DNA of 64,000 bases, from assembly GCA_050309775.1 (NCBI GenBank), contig JBNRMV010000005.1, positions 5,460-69,459 on the forward strand. The letters are read 5' to 3'. Below, piece by piece: positions 18,751 through 27,901 of this stretch (position 1 is its first letter; the number at the start of each line of letters is the position of its first letter). The stretch is from Christensenellales bacterium (GTDB taxonomy: Bacteria > Bacillota > Clostridia > Christensenellales > DTU072). A model generated the notes under the pieces. That model made no database searches, was not told the origin of the DNA, and worked only from the letters and a program-made list of their open reading frames with translations. A program made the position numbers and the translations under genes.

Positions 18751-20049
18751 TCACCTCTCTATCTGTGATATATATTCTTTTATGTTTTGTTTGGCTCTTT
18801 GACTCAAGGCTGTTTTTCTTTGTGCCTTATCCTTTATTTTTTCTTCAAGCGGCGGCATCAGGGGGTATCCCACATGCATGGGCTGAAAGTCTTTTTGCGG
18901 TGTGCTGATATATTTCATCAGGCTGCCGCATGCCGTCATATCATTGGGGACGGCGCTCTCAAGCCCGTCCAGTTTTCGCGAAAGATTTATTGCCGCCATC
19001 AGTCCGCTCATGCAGCTTTCAAGATATCCTTCGACTCCGCTTATTTGTCCGGCAAAGAAAATGCTGTCGTTGGTTTTCAAAGAAAAGTCTATGTTGAGTG
19101 ACTCCGGCGCATTTATGAAAGTGTTGCGGTGCATAACTCCATACCTGACAAATTCTGCATTCTTAAGCGCAGGTACAAGCCCGAACACCCTCTTTTGTTC
19201 GCCAAACTTCAGATTTGTTTGGCAGCCCACAAGGTTGTACAACTGATTATAATTATCTTCCTTGCGGAGTTGCAGGACGGCATACGGTCTTGTGCCGTCG
19301 GGATTTCGCAGTCCTACCGGTCTGAACGGTCCGAAACGCAGGCTTTCGGCGCCTTTTTGCGCCATTATTTCCAGCGGCATACATGCGTTAAAGATGTCGC
19401 CTTTCTCAAAGCTGTGCGGTATGACTCTTTCGGCATTGACAAGCTGTTCTACAAAATTGTAATACTCGTCTTTGTTCAGCGGACAATTCAAATAATCCTC
19501 GCCGCCCTTGCCGTATCTGCCTTGAAAAAATGCCTTTGTCATATCAACGCTTTCAAAAGTAATTATCGGCGCTACGGCGTCATAAAAGAAAAGTCTGCTG
19601 CCGCCCAGCAATTTGTCTATCTTATTTACAAGATTGTCTGAAGTCAGCGGTCCCGATGCCACGATGGTGAAGTCGTCAATCTCCACACACTCCTCGCGGA
19701 CAAGCGTAAAGTTTTCAAAGTTCAACAGCGTTTTTTCTACTTCTTGAGAAAACGCCTCTCTGTCCACTGCCAACGCTCCGCCTGCCGGTACTGCGTTGTT
19801 GTGAGCGGCTTTTAGTATCAGTGAATCCAGCATCGCAAGCTCAGCTTTCAGCAAGCCTTGCGCAGTGTTTTCGTCAACGCTCTTAAGACTGTTTGAGCAG
19901 ACCAATTCAGCAAGCATCGCCGTCTTGTGAATGGGGGTCTGCTTGATAGGACGCATCTCATAAAGCGTTACGGCGCGTCCCCGTTTCAGCAGCTGGTAAG
20001 CCGCTTCGCAGCCCGCCAGTCCGCCTCCGATTATTTTAGTTCTCGTCAT
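18751..20049 (-). CDS. trmFO: Folate-dependent tRNA (uracil-54)-methyltransferase TrmFO (Gid)
   Basis: IGGGLAGCEAA, AELVCSNSL, FFYDAVAPI, RYGVMHRNTFIN, AGQISGVEGY. Confidence 0.95.
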   Translation of the reverse strand: MTRTKIIGGGLAGCEAAYQLLKRGRAVTLYEMRPIKQTPIHKTAMLAELVCSNSLKSVDENTAQGLLKAELAMLDSLILKAAHNNAVPAGGALAVDREAFSQEVEKTLLNFENFTLVREECVEIDDFTIVASGPLTSDNLVNKIDKLLGGSRLFFYDAVAPIITFESVDMTKAFFQGRYGKGGEDYLNCPLNKDEYYNFVEQLVNAERVIPHSFEKGDIFNACMPLEIMAQKGAESLRFGPFRPVGLRNPDGTRPYAVLQLRKEDNYNQLYNLVGCQTNLKFGEQKRVFGLVPALKNAEFVRYGVMHRNTFINAPESLNIDFSLKTNDSIFFAGQISGVEGYLESCMSGLMAAINLSRKLDGLESAVPNDMTACGSLMKYISTPQKDFQPMHVGYPLMPPLEEKIKDKAQRKTALSQRAKQNIKEYISQIER

Positions 20050-22120
20050 TCTTCAGCACTATGGTATGCCCACAGGATTTTTTCATGCACACATAACTCT
20101 TATTGTCTCCCTTTTGCGTAATTTTCATTACGCCGCTGCATTTGGGGCAAAAATGCGGTGCAGGAATCTCCCAAGACATAAAGTCACAGTTCGGATAATT
20201 GCCGCAACCGTAAAATGTCTTGCCTGTCTTAGTGCGTTTTTTGACAATGTCGCCGCCGCAACGGGGGCATTTTCCGACTTTTTCTACAATATTCTTAATG
20301 TTTTTGCACTTTGGATAATTCGGGCAAGCCATAAACTTGCCGTATCGGCTGGTCTTGATTACCATCATGGCGCCGCACTTATCGCAAGGCACATCTGTAA
20401 CTTCGTCTTCCAGTTTTATCTTCTTTTCTAAATTGTACGCTATTTTTACATTTTTTTCAAATGGAGGATAGAAGTCTGCAATAATTTTTTGCCATTCTTC
20501 GCCTTTTTGTATCTTGTCAAGTTTTGTCTCCATTCCTGCCGTAAACTTAGTGTTGACTATATCGGCAAAATTGTTTTCCATAAATTCCACCACCGTTTCA
20601 CCAAGTTGTGTGGGTTTTATGGTCTTTTGTTCCTTGACGGTATATTCCCTCTTTGCAAGCACACTAATAACGCTTGCGTATGTGCTGGGGCGGCCGATTC
20701 CGTTTTCTTCCATTGCTTTAACCAGTGTCGCATCTGTATATCTTGACGGCGGTTTGGTGAATTTTTGCTCGCTCTTGAGTTCTTTGAAGTCCAGCTTTTC
20801 GCCTTCAACAAGGTCAGGCAAGCGGCTGTTGTCCTCGTCTTCCTCGCTTGTGTTGTCGTATGCAGCCGTATAGCCCTTAAAAATAAGGGTCTTTCCGCCA
20901 ACTTTGAAACCGTAAACTCCGCTGTCTGTGTCGGCATTTATGTGGACATTCAGCGTGTTATAAACCGCATCGGTCATTTGGCTTGCTAAAAAACGGTCAT
21001 ATATCAGTTTGTACAACCGAAAATGGTTGCGTGACAATTTTGGCTTCATTAAGTCGGGGGTTTTTTCAAGTGATATCGGGCGTATGGCTTCGTGCGCGTC
21101 CTGCACTCCGCTTGCCTTTGTGGCATAAAAATTCGGTTTCTTGGGCGCATACTCCTCGCCGTATTGTTGTTTTATGAACTCCAGCGCCTCTTTCTGCGCG
21201 TCGGGCGATACCCTGACGCTATCGGTTCTGATATATGTTACCAACGCCGTCTGCCCCTCGCCGGCTATTTCAATGCCCTCATACAACTGCTGCGCAACTC
21301 TCATAATATCAGGCGCGCTCATGCCCAGTCTTTGCGAACCGTCCTGTTGAAGCGTACTGGTTGTGAACGGAGCATAAGGACGGGATTTTGAAACGCCGCG
21401 TTTTACGCTGTCTACCGTCCACTCAGCGCCTTTGATGTTTTGTTCAATGGCTTTGGCTTCCGCCTCGCTGGACACCTTTATTTTTTTGCCGTTGTAGTCG
21501 TTCAAAGCGGCTTTTATTGCCGCCACTTTGCTTTTTTTGTTTAGTATTGCCGATATGTTCCAGTATTCTTCGGGTACGAACGCTCTTATTTCGCGCTCTC
21601 TGTCAACCAACATTTTCAATGCCGCCGACTGCACTCTGCCGCCGCTGAGTCCAGACTTTATTTTTTTGTTAAGCACGGGGCTTATTTTGTACCCCACAAG
21701 TCTGTCTAGCACACGCCTTGCTTGCTGAGAGTCGACAAGTTCCATGTTCAGCGGACGGGGATTCTGCAACGCCGCATTGACAGCCTTTTGGCTGATTTCG
21801 TTGAACTCTATCCTTTTCGGGTCTTTCAATTCCAACACATTCGCCAGATGCCATGAAATAGCCTCGCCCTCTCTGTCAGGGTCAGTGGCAAGATATACTT
21901 CATCGGCGGCCTTCATCGCCGTTTTTATTCTCTTTATGGTTTCCTTTTTGTCCTTGTTTATTTCATATTCGGGCTGAAAATTGTTTTGGATATCTATGCC
22001 CAAGCTCTTTTCCGGCAAATCGCAAACATGTCCTCCCGACGCCAGAACTTTGTAACCGTCGCCCAGATACTTCTGAATAGTCTTTGACTTTGACGGTGAC
22101 TCTACTATAACTAATTTCAT
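20036..22120 (-). CDS. topA: DNA topoisomerase I
   Basis: LVIVESPSK, LATDPDREGEAI, SGGRVQS, TYIRTDS, C-terminal zinc ribbons. Confidence 0.97.
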   Translation of the reverse strand: MKLVIVESPSKSKTIQKYLGDGYKVLASGGHVCDLPEKSLGIDIQNNFQPEYEINKDKKETIKRIKTAMKAADEVYLATDPDREGEAISWHLANVLELKDPKRIEFNEISQKAVNAALQNPRPLNMELVDSQQARRVLDRLVGYKISPVLNKKIKSGLSGGRVQSAALKMLVDREREIRAFVPEEYWNISAILNKKSKVAAIKAALNDYNGKKIKVSSEAEAKAIEQNIKGAEWTVDSVKRGVSKSRPYAPFTTSTLQQDGSQRLGMSAPDIMRVAQQLYEGIEIAGEGQTALVTYIRTDSVRVSPDAQKEALEFIKQQYGEEYAPKKPNFYATKASGVQDAHEAIRPISLEKTPDLMKPKLSRNHFRLYKLIYDRFLASQMTDAVYNTLNVHINADTDSGVYGFKVGGKTLIFKGYTAAYDNTSEEDEDNSRLPDLVEGEKLDFKELKSEQKFTKPPSRYTDATLVKAMEENGIGRPSTYASVISVLAKREYTVKEQKTIKPTQLGETVVEFMENNFADIVNTKFTAGMETKLDKIQKGEEWQKIIADFYPPFEKNVKIAYNLEKKIKLEDEVTDVPCDKCGAMMVIKTSRYGKFMACPNYPKCKNIKNIVEKVGKCPRCGGDIVKKRTKTGKTFYGCGNYPNCDFMSWEIPAPHFCPKCSGVMKITQKGDNKSYVCMKKSCGHTIVLKNDEN

Positions 22121-23209
22121 TTACACGCTCCAATAGTTGTTATTACATTTATTTATTATACCCCGTGAAGATAACATAATCAACAAGGAATTTAGTTGCG
22201 GCACAGACAGTTCTGTACGCATAAGAATCTCTTCAAAATGCTGCTCTCCGTGCCTTTCAAGAAGGTCCACAATCTTTTCTTCCATAATGTCAAGCAACAA
22301 AGCCGAAGGCTGCTGCTCCTGCGCCGGCGGCAATCCGATGCCCTCAAAAAGTTCGTTTACATTTGTTACGGCTATGGATTGGCACTCTCTTATGCTCTTG
22401 TTGCAGCCGCTGCTGGCTCTGTTGTATATGCTGCCGGGTACGCAAAAAACCTCTCTGCCTTGCGATACAGCATGGTTGATGGTCGTCATCGTACCGCTTT
22501 TTTCTCCGGCTTCGGTAACAAGCACGCCTCTGCTGAGTCCGCTTATGATACGGTTCCTTGCAGGGAAGTTGTATTGCTGCGGTTGGGTACCGATGTCGTA
22601 TTCCGATATTATCAGCCCTTTTTCGGCTATTTCTTCATATAGCGCCTGATTTTCCGGCGGATATACTCTTTCTATGCCGTTGCCCAGAACGGCTATGGTC
22701 TTGCCTCTGTTCTCCAGCGTCACTCTGTGCGCAATGGTGTCCACGCCGCTTGCCAGTCCGCTTACAATAGTGAATCGCCTTGACAAAGCGCTGACAAACT
22801 CCTCAGTAACACGCAGCCCGTATTTTGTCGGCATTCTGGTTCCGACTACGGCAAAACAGGCGCTTCCAAGAAGTTCCATATTGCCTTTACAATACAACAT
22901 TAAAGGTCTATCGTCAAATTGTTTTAATAAAAAAGGATAACCCTCATCACAAATTGACATAATATTTACTGCATATTGGTTTATTTTTTCTTCTTCGGCA
23001 TCAAAGTCAATCCCATGGCGTATATCTGCCAAATCCTCATAAAGCCTTTGCCCCACTGCCGCCGTCAACGGTATTCGGACTTTTGAGATATCCTCATAAA
23101 TTTCCCCTACATTGCCGACAAGCTCAAGTATCCTTGACGCTTTTGCCGGACCTATTCCCTCTGTTCTTCTCAACATAATCAATGCTTTGTGATAATTTTT
23201 TAACCTCAT
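22121..23209 (-). CDS. dprA: DNA-processing protein DprA
   Basis: AVVGTR, VSGLASGVDTIAH, FPARNRIISGLS, EAGEKSGT. Confidence 0.95.
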   Translation of the reverse strand: MRLKNYHKALIMLRRTEGIGPAKASRILELVGNVGEIYEDISKVRIPLTAAVGQRLYEDLADIRHGIDFDAEEEKINQYAVNIMSICDEGYPFLLKQFDDRPLMLYCKGNMELLGSACFAVVGTRMPTKYGLRVTEEFVSALSRRFTIVSGLASGVDTIAHRVTLENRGKTIAVLGNGIERVYPPENQALYEEIAEKGLIISEYDIGTQPQQYNFPARNRIISGLSRGVLVTEAGEKSGTMTTINHAVSQGREVFCVPGSIYNRASSGCNKSIRECQSIAVTNVNELFEGIGLPPAQEQQPSALLLDIMEEKIVDLLERHGEQHFEEILMRTELSVPQLNSLLIMLSSRGIINKCNNNYWSV

Positions 23210-24747
23210 AATGAATACCCTATCTCTTTTTTGTCAACGGTTTTGAATTGAATAGCCTCGGCAATGTGTGCCATCGATATGTTGTCGGCGCCCTCAATGT
23301 CGGCTATCGTGCGCGCGGTTTTTAATATTCTGGAAGTTGCTCTGGGCGACAGCTTTTGCAAATTAAATGCATTCTCCAGCAGTCTTTCACTTTGTTCGTC
23401 AATAACGCAGTACTTTTTTATTTGACGGCTGTTCATTTGTGAATTGGTATATATGCCCTCATTTTCAAACCTTGCAAGCTGAATGGCGCGCGCCCTTTCG
23501 ACCCTTTCACGCACGCTTTGGCTGTTTTCTTCTTGTCTGCCGCCGCGCAGCTCCTTGAACTCTATGCCGTCAACGACGACAAATATATCTATCCTGTCCA
23601 ACATAGGTCCCGACAGCCTTGACATATAATTTCTTATTTCCCTAGCCGAACAGGTGCAAAGTTTTGTTCTGCTACCTGCATAGCCGCAAGGACAAGGGTT
23701 CATACTGGCTATAAGCATAAAATGCGCAGGGTATTCCACGCTTCTTGCCACTCTTGTAACGGTTATGGAACCGTCCTCCAACGGTTGGCGCAGCGTTTCC
23801 AGCGAATGTCTGGGATACTCGGGCATTTCGTCAAGGAACAACACTCCATTGTGCGCAAGACTAACTTCGCCGGGTGTGCTTCTTGAGCCGCCGCCCGTAA
23901 GGCTATACAAACTTGCGGTATGGTGCGGAGAACGGAAAGGTCTTATTGTGATTATGCCGTCATTGGCATCAAGCAAGCCTGCGACGGAATGGATTTTTGT
24001 CACTTCGATTGCTTCTTGAAATGTCATAGGCGGCATAATGGTAGGCACGCACTTTGCAAGCATAGTCTTGCCCGTCCCCGGGCTGCCGCACATAAGAATG
24101 TTATGGGCGCCCGATACGGCAATCTCCAACGCGCGCTTTGCCATAGCTTGTCCTTTTATGTCGGCAATGTCAATACCGTACTTGTCGATATTATCTGCGG
24201 CGCCGTATTCGATGAACTCAACCGGCATTGCCGAAGATATGCCCATAAGGAAGTTTACCACCGCCGTCAGCGTTTCAAAAGCGTATACCTCGATGCCTTT
24301 TATGTATGCCGCCTCCTTTGCGTTGCCTTTCGGGATAATAAACTTTTTATGCCCCGACTGCAACGCCGATATAATAATCGGCATAACTCCGTTAAGCCGG
24401 CGCAGCGTGCCGTCTAGCGACAATTCGCCGAGAAAAATAAAATCCTGATAATCCTTGGCAGGCAGTTGCTTGGTACTGATGAGAAAGCCTATGGCTATGG
24501 GTAAATCAAAACCCGAACCGTCTTTCTTTGTGTCGGCAGGCGCCAGATTTACGGTAATCTTGCGTGGAGGAAATTCATAGGAACTATTTTTTATTGCCGC
24601 CCGGACCCTGTCACGGGATTCTTTAATGCTCGAACTAGGCAAGCCGACAATATCAAAAGAAGGTATGCCGGATTGTGCATATACCTCGATTTCAATGGGG
24701 TACCCATTGATACCCTCAAGGGCAAAACTTTTCAATGAAGATAACAT
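23206..24747 (-). CDS. comM: YifB/ComM family Mg-chelatase-like AAA+ ATPase
   Basis: ITVNLAPAD, GSPGTGKTMLA, PFRSPHH, PGEVSLAHNGVLFLDE, MNPCPCG, LDRID. Confidence 0.9.
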   Translation of the reverse strand: MLSSLKSFALEGINGYPIEIEVYAQSGIPSFDIVGLPSSSIKESRDRVRAAIKNSSYEFPPRKITVNLAPADTKKDGSGFDLPIAIGFLISTKQLPAKDYQDFIFLGELSLDGTLRRLNGVMPIIISALQSGHKKFIIPKGNAKEAAYIKGIEVYAFETLTAVVNFLMGISSAMPVEFIEYGAADNIDKYGIDIADIKGQAMAKRALEIAVSGAHNILMCGSPGTGKTMLAKCVPTIMPPMTFQEAIEVTKIHSVAGLLDANDGIITIRPFRSPHHTASLYSLTGGGSRSTPGEVSLAHNGVLFLDEMPEYPRHSLETLRQPLEDGSITVTRVARSVEYPAHFMLIASMNPCPCGYAGSRTKLCTCSAREIRNYMSRLSGPMLDRIDIFVVVDGIEFKELRGGRQEENSQSVRERVERARAIQLARFENEGIYTNSQMNSRQIKKYCVIDEQSERLLENAFNLQKLSPRATSRILKTARTIADIEGADNISMAHIAEAIQFKTVDKKEIGYSL

Positions 24748-24812
24748 AATTTTCCGCTCTCTTTTTGTATTTTTTAAGTATTTTATTCAAAAATTATTAT
24801 TTTTTTGTATCC

Positions 24813-26849
24813 TTAATCATTTTTTGGTTTTCTTATCGGTGGTTTTTTGTAACGGATAGTCAGCAACGCAATCAATGCCGCCGCAAGCGCCACCACTCCC
24901 GCAAGCGTGCCGAAGAAAGCGCCCCAGCTTATTGTTTTGCCGAATACTTTTAGTCCGCTTGGCGGAGAGGCAACAAAAGATTTTTGCGCGCCTTCTGTCA
25001 CAAGCGCATATCTGCCGGCTGTCTTAAATGTAAAAGTAACGGCATTGTTTATGACTTCCGCCGTCAGCTTTTCGTTGGTGTCAAGGTTTATTATTGCAAA
25101 CAGTCTTTCTTCATATCCTGTCGGCACTTGCATTGTAACAGTGGCGCCATGCTCAAATGCGTACTCAACATCCATGCCGTTGTAGAGAAACTTCATTCTG
25201 AACGGATTGGCAAACGCCGTATCAAAGCCGCTCGCATTTATGGCTCGGAACAGCATGCTGTCCAATTCTGCACCGTCCTTGTCTATTTTTTCAAGTATCA
25301 AGGTTATTTCGTCGCCCTTTTTCAAATAGGGGAAATCATCGGTGTCGATTTGGTACCTTATGCTGAGGTTTATGCCCGGCGGTACGCTGTTTATGACATA
25401 TCTGTATTGCGTTTCGCCCAAAATAGCCTCGTCCAGCTCCCTTGTCAGCGTGTCAAAATCCGACAGCGTGGTGTCAGCCGACTTAAAGTACAAGCTGAGG
25501 TCGCCGTACAAGCGCAAAATGTTTTGCCATGCGTCCTCATTGTATTCCGCCTCGTTAAGCAAAGGGAATTTTGAATGGTATTTTATCGCCAAATCCTCAA
25601 GCGCCAGCGTGCCAAAATGCGGCACGACAAGGCTGGACGCATTAAAGTTGCCTACTCTGTCATAGACATTTATTTGCAGCAGTCCCTTGTCCAGTTTGTC
25701 AAATCTTGCGACATATTTATTAAAAAGCTGCGGCTCAAAAGTGTAACTCTCACCTACTACTGTTATGCGGTCAATACCGCTGTCGCTGTCGGTGCAAACC
25801 AAGCTCAAAGTGTACGGCAGCTCTTGCGTTAAATCGATGTCCAGTATTATGTCGCTTACAAAAGGCTCTATTCTGTCTATATTGCTGATTGCGTCCGATA
25901 CCACATCGGAAGTGTTGCCGGCATTGTCCTGATAGTATGCCGATAAAGTATGCGTTCTTTGTTCGGTGAGATAAAAACCGCCCTGATACACATATTGTTC
26001 GCCGTTGAGGGTATAGCGCATGCTTCCCTGCTTTATGCCCGACTGACCGTCTGTACCGTAGTTTATGGTAACGAAATAATCCCTTGCAAAACCGTTTGTG
26101 TAATCGCTGACTTCTATGTTCGGCGTAAACACGAACTGCGGCGGCGTCGGCGGCGTGGAATCAAACTTATCAAAAGTATATAGCTTGGTCAGATAGTTCC
26201 CTGCGTAGTCATAAACCGTAATGTACACATCTGTCGGCTCATATACGGTAAAAGCATGATTGAGCATTGGACTTTCTATGACATATGTGTCTATTTCTTG
26301 ACCGTTGTCAATATTTATTACGGCTTGTTTTACGCCGGAATTGCCGTTGTCAGCGCCCACAAGCACCTGCACAAGAAAGCCGCTCTCGTGCCTTGTCCAT
26401 TCGTTCATTTGCGAAACAACAGCTTCTTGGGGAGCGGCATTGTCGCTTTTTATGGCAACCTCGTCAAATACGGACATAAGTGTGCCTTGGTCGTCGGACG
26501 CATAGCATTTTATCAGCAACTCGCCGTTTGCCGTGACGGTATAGCTTGCTTTACCGTCCGCAGGCTGCGCCGCCGCAGTTCGGGAAATCTCCTCCCCATT
26601 CTTGACTACGACAATGACAAAGTAGTCTGAAGTAACATCAAACTCCAGCGTTATTCCGCGCGCATAAATCAAATCTTCTGTATCATAGGGTACGAAATTG
26701 CCCTCAAAATCAAGGCATTTTGCTTGTGAAAATGAGACGCTGTCGAAGGCATGCGCCGCCTGCTTTTGCGGTGAAAAGCATAAGACAAAGGCGGGCAGCA
26801 ACAGCATTATAAAAAGACATATTATGATTGCGCTCTTGTACCTTTTCAT
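24813..26849 (-). CDS. Secreted, C-terminally membrane-anchored surface protein with Ig-like repeats and a FIVAR-like helix; function unknown
   Basis: Signal peptide; three 'DxAGN...DxxxP' repeats; 'YNEDAWQNI...TLSDFDTLTRELDEAI' FIVAR-like segment; C-terminal TM helix plus basic tail. Confidence 0.65.
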   Translation of the reverse strand: MKRYKSAIIICLFIMLLLPAFVLCFSPQKQAAHAFDSVSFSQAKCLDFEGNFVPYDTEDLIYARGITLEFDVTSDYFVIVVVKNGEEISRTAAAQPADGKASYTVTANGELLIKCYASDDQGTLMSVFDEVAIKSDNAAPQEAVVSQMNEWTRHESGFLVQVLVGADNGNSGVKQAVINIDNGQEIDTYVIESPMLNHAFTVYEPTDVYITVYDYAGNYLTKLYTFDKFDSTPPTPPQFVFTPNIEVSDYTNGFARDYFVTINYGTDGQSGIKQGSMRYTLNGEQYVYQGGFYLTEQRTHTLSAYYQDNAGNTSDVVSDAISNIDRIEPFVSDIILDIDLTQELPYTLSLVCTDSDSGIDRITVVGESYTFEPQLFNKYVARFDKLDKGLLQINVYDRVGNFNASSLVVPHFGTLALEDLAIKYHSKFPLLNEAEYNEDAWQNILRLYGDLSLYFKSADTTLSDFDTLTRELDEAILGETQYRYVINSVPPGINLSIRYQIDTDDFPYLKKGDEITLILEKIDKDGAELDSMLFRAINASGFDTAFANPFRMKFLYNGMDVEYAFEHGATVTMQVPTGYEERLFAIINLDTNEKLTAEVINNAVTFTFKTAGRYALVTEGAQKSFVASPPSGLKVFGKTISWGAFFGTLAGVVALAAALIALLTIRYKKPPIRKPKND

Positions 26850-26870
26850 CTCACTCCTAAAATATAAATA

Positions 26871-26899
26871 ATTATAACATACAAAAACTATGTAATCAA
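26871..26899 (-). promoter_or_regulatory. SigA-type promoter for the 678-aa surface protein
   Basis: TTGATT-17 nt-TATAAT with extended TG; SD AGGAG downstream. Confidence 0.65.
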
Positions 26900-26912
26900 C
26901 GCTTTTTATTTA

Positions 26913-26941
26913 GTCTAATGCATGCTGCTTTATTATATCTT
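26913..26941 (+). promoter_or_regulatory. Possible sporulation SigE-like promoter for the YkvI-like gene
   Basis: GTCTAAT-14 nt-TATATCTT, ending 6 nt before ATG 26948; no SD. Weak match in AT-rich DNA. Confidence 0.3.
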
Positions 26942-26947
26942 AATACT

Positions 26948-27901
26948 ATGAAAAGCATAAAAAACCTAAAATTGGCGTTTACCTTTATCGGCACATTGAT
27001 TGGCGCCGGCTTTGCCTCGGGCAGAGAAATAGCGCTTTATTTTGCCGACACTTCGCCGCTTTCGCCGTTGCTTGGCGGCGTGTTCTGCGGATTGTTTTGC
27101 TTTGTTTTTGTCGAGCTGGGCAGAATTTCGCAAGGCGACATACTGGGGCGCTTTTTCAATAAAATATCGTCGTTTACTATTGCCATAATAAAAATCAGCA
27201 ACATTATCATTTTTTGCGTCATGCTGGCGGCATGCGAATTTATAATCAAAAACCTATTTGATATTAACGGCGGAACCATAATAAGCGCAGTGCTTGTGCT
27301 GTCTTTGATATATTTTGGCGTAGAAAAACTTAAGTTGCTCAACTTCCTTGCAGTGCCGCTGCTTGTGGGGCTGATAGTTTATATTTATATTGCGGCAAAA
27401 CCCGAAGTACCGGAATTCAATAGTTTTTATTTTTATCAGCCGATATTCTATGCAGGTATGAACATACTTTCGGGCGGATTTTTAATTTCAAAATTGGCAA
27501 AAGGAATAAACGCAAAGGACAGTCTAAAAATCTCGTTAATTGTTGCTGTTGTACTGTCGGCGCTGCTTGTGATAATTTATCTCACCATTCAAGACGCATT
27601 TGAATTGACTATGCCGTTGCTTAATAGAGCCAATGAGTTGGGACTAAACGCCGCCGCCAGTGTGGCTCTGTATCTGTCGGTGTTCACAACGCTTGCAGGC
27701 AGTCTGTATATCGTCGTTGAAAACAACTTGAAAAAAGCCCTGCTGGTCGGCAGCATCGGACTTGTTCTTTCTTTTGCAGGCTTTCAGAAGCTTACAAATT
27801 GGTTCTATCCCATAATAGGTTATGCAGGCTTTGCGCTGACTCTTTATGGCGCATTTATACTGATATTCCGCCGGCCTAATCTAGAATTTTTAAGTTCCTG
27901 A
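26948..27901 (+). CDS. YkvI-family multi-pass membrane protein
   Basis: Signature IGTLIGAGFASGREI near the N-terminus and about 10 TM helices. Start reassigned to MKSIK (26948). The 3' end overlaps convergent dnaE by 26 nt. Confidence 0.8.
   Translation: MKSIKNLKLAFTFIGTLIGAGFASGREIALYFADTSPLSPLLGGVFCGLFCFVFVELGRISQGDILGRFFNKISSFTIAIIKISNIIIFCVMLAACEFIIKNLFDINGGTIISAVLVLSLIYFGVEKLKLLNFLAVPLLVGLIVYIYIAAKPEVPEFNSFYFYQPIFYAGMNILSGGFLISKLAKGINAKDSLKISLIVAVVLSALLVIIYLTIQDAFELTMPLLNRANELGLNAAASVALYLSVFTTLAGSLYIVVENNLKKALLVGSIGLVLSFAGFQKLTNWFYPIIGYAGFALTLYGAFILIFRRPNLEFLSS

Noticed and set aside
22121-24747. comM-dprA as evidence of a competence island
   Set aside because: This pair upstream of topA is core synteny in most Firmicutes and does not by itself indicate an accessory system.
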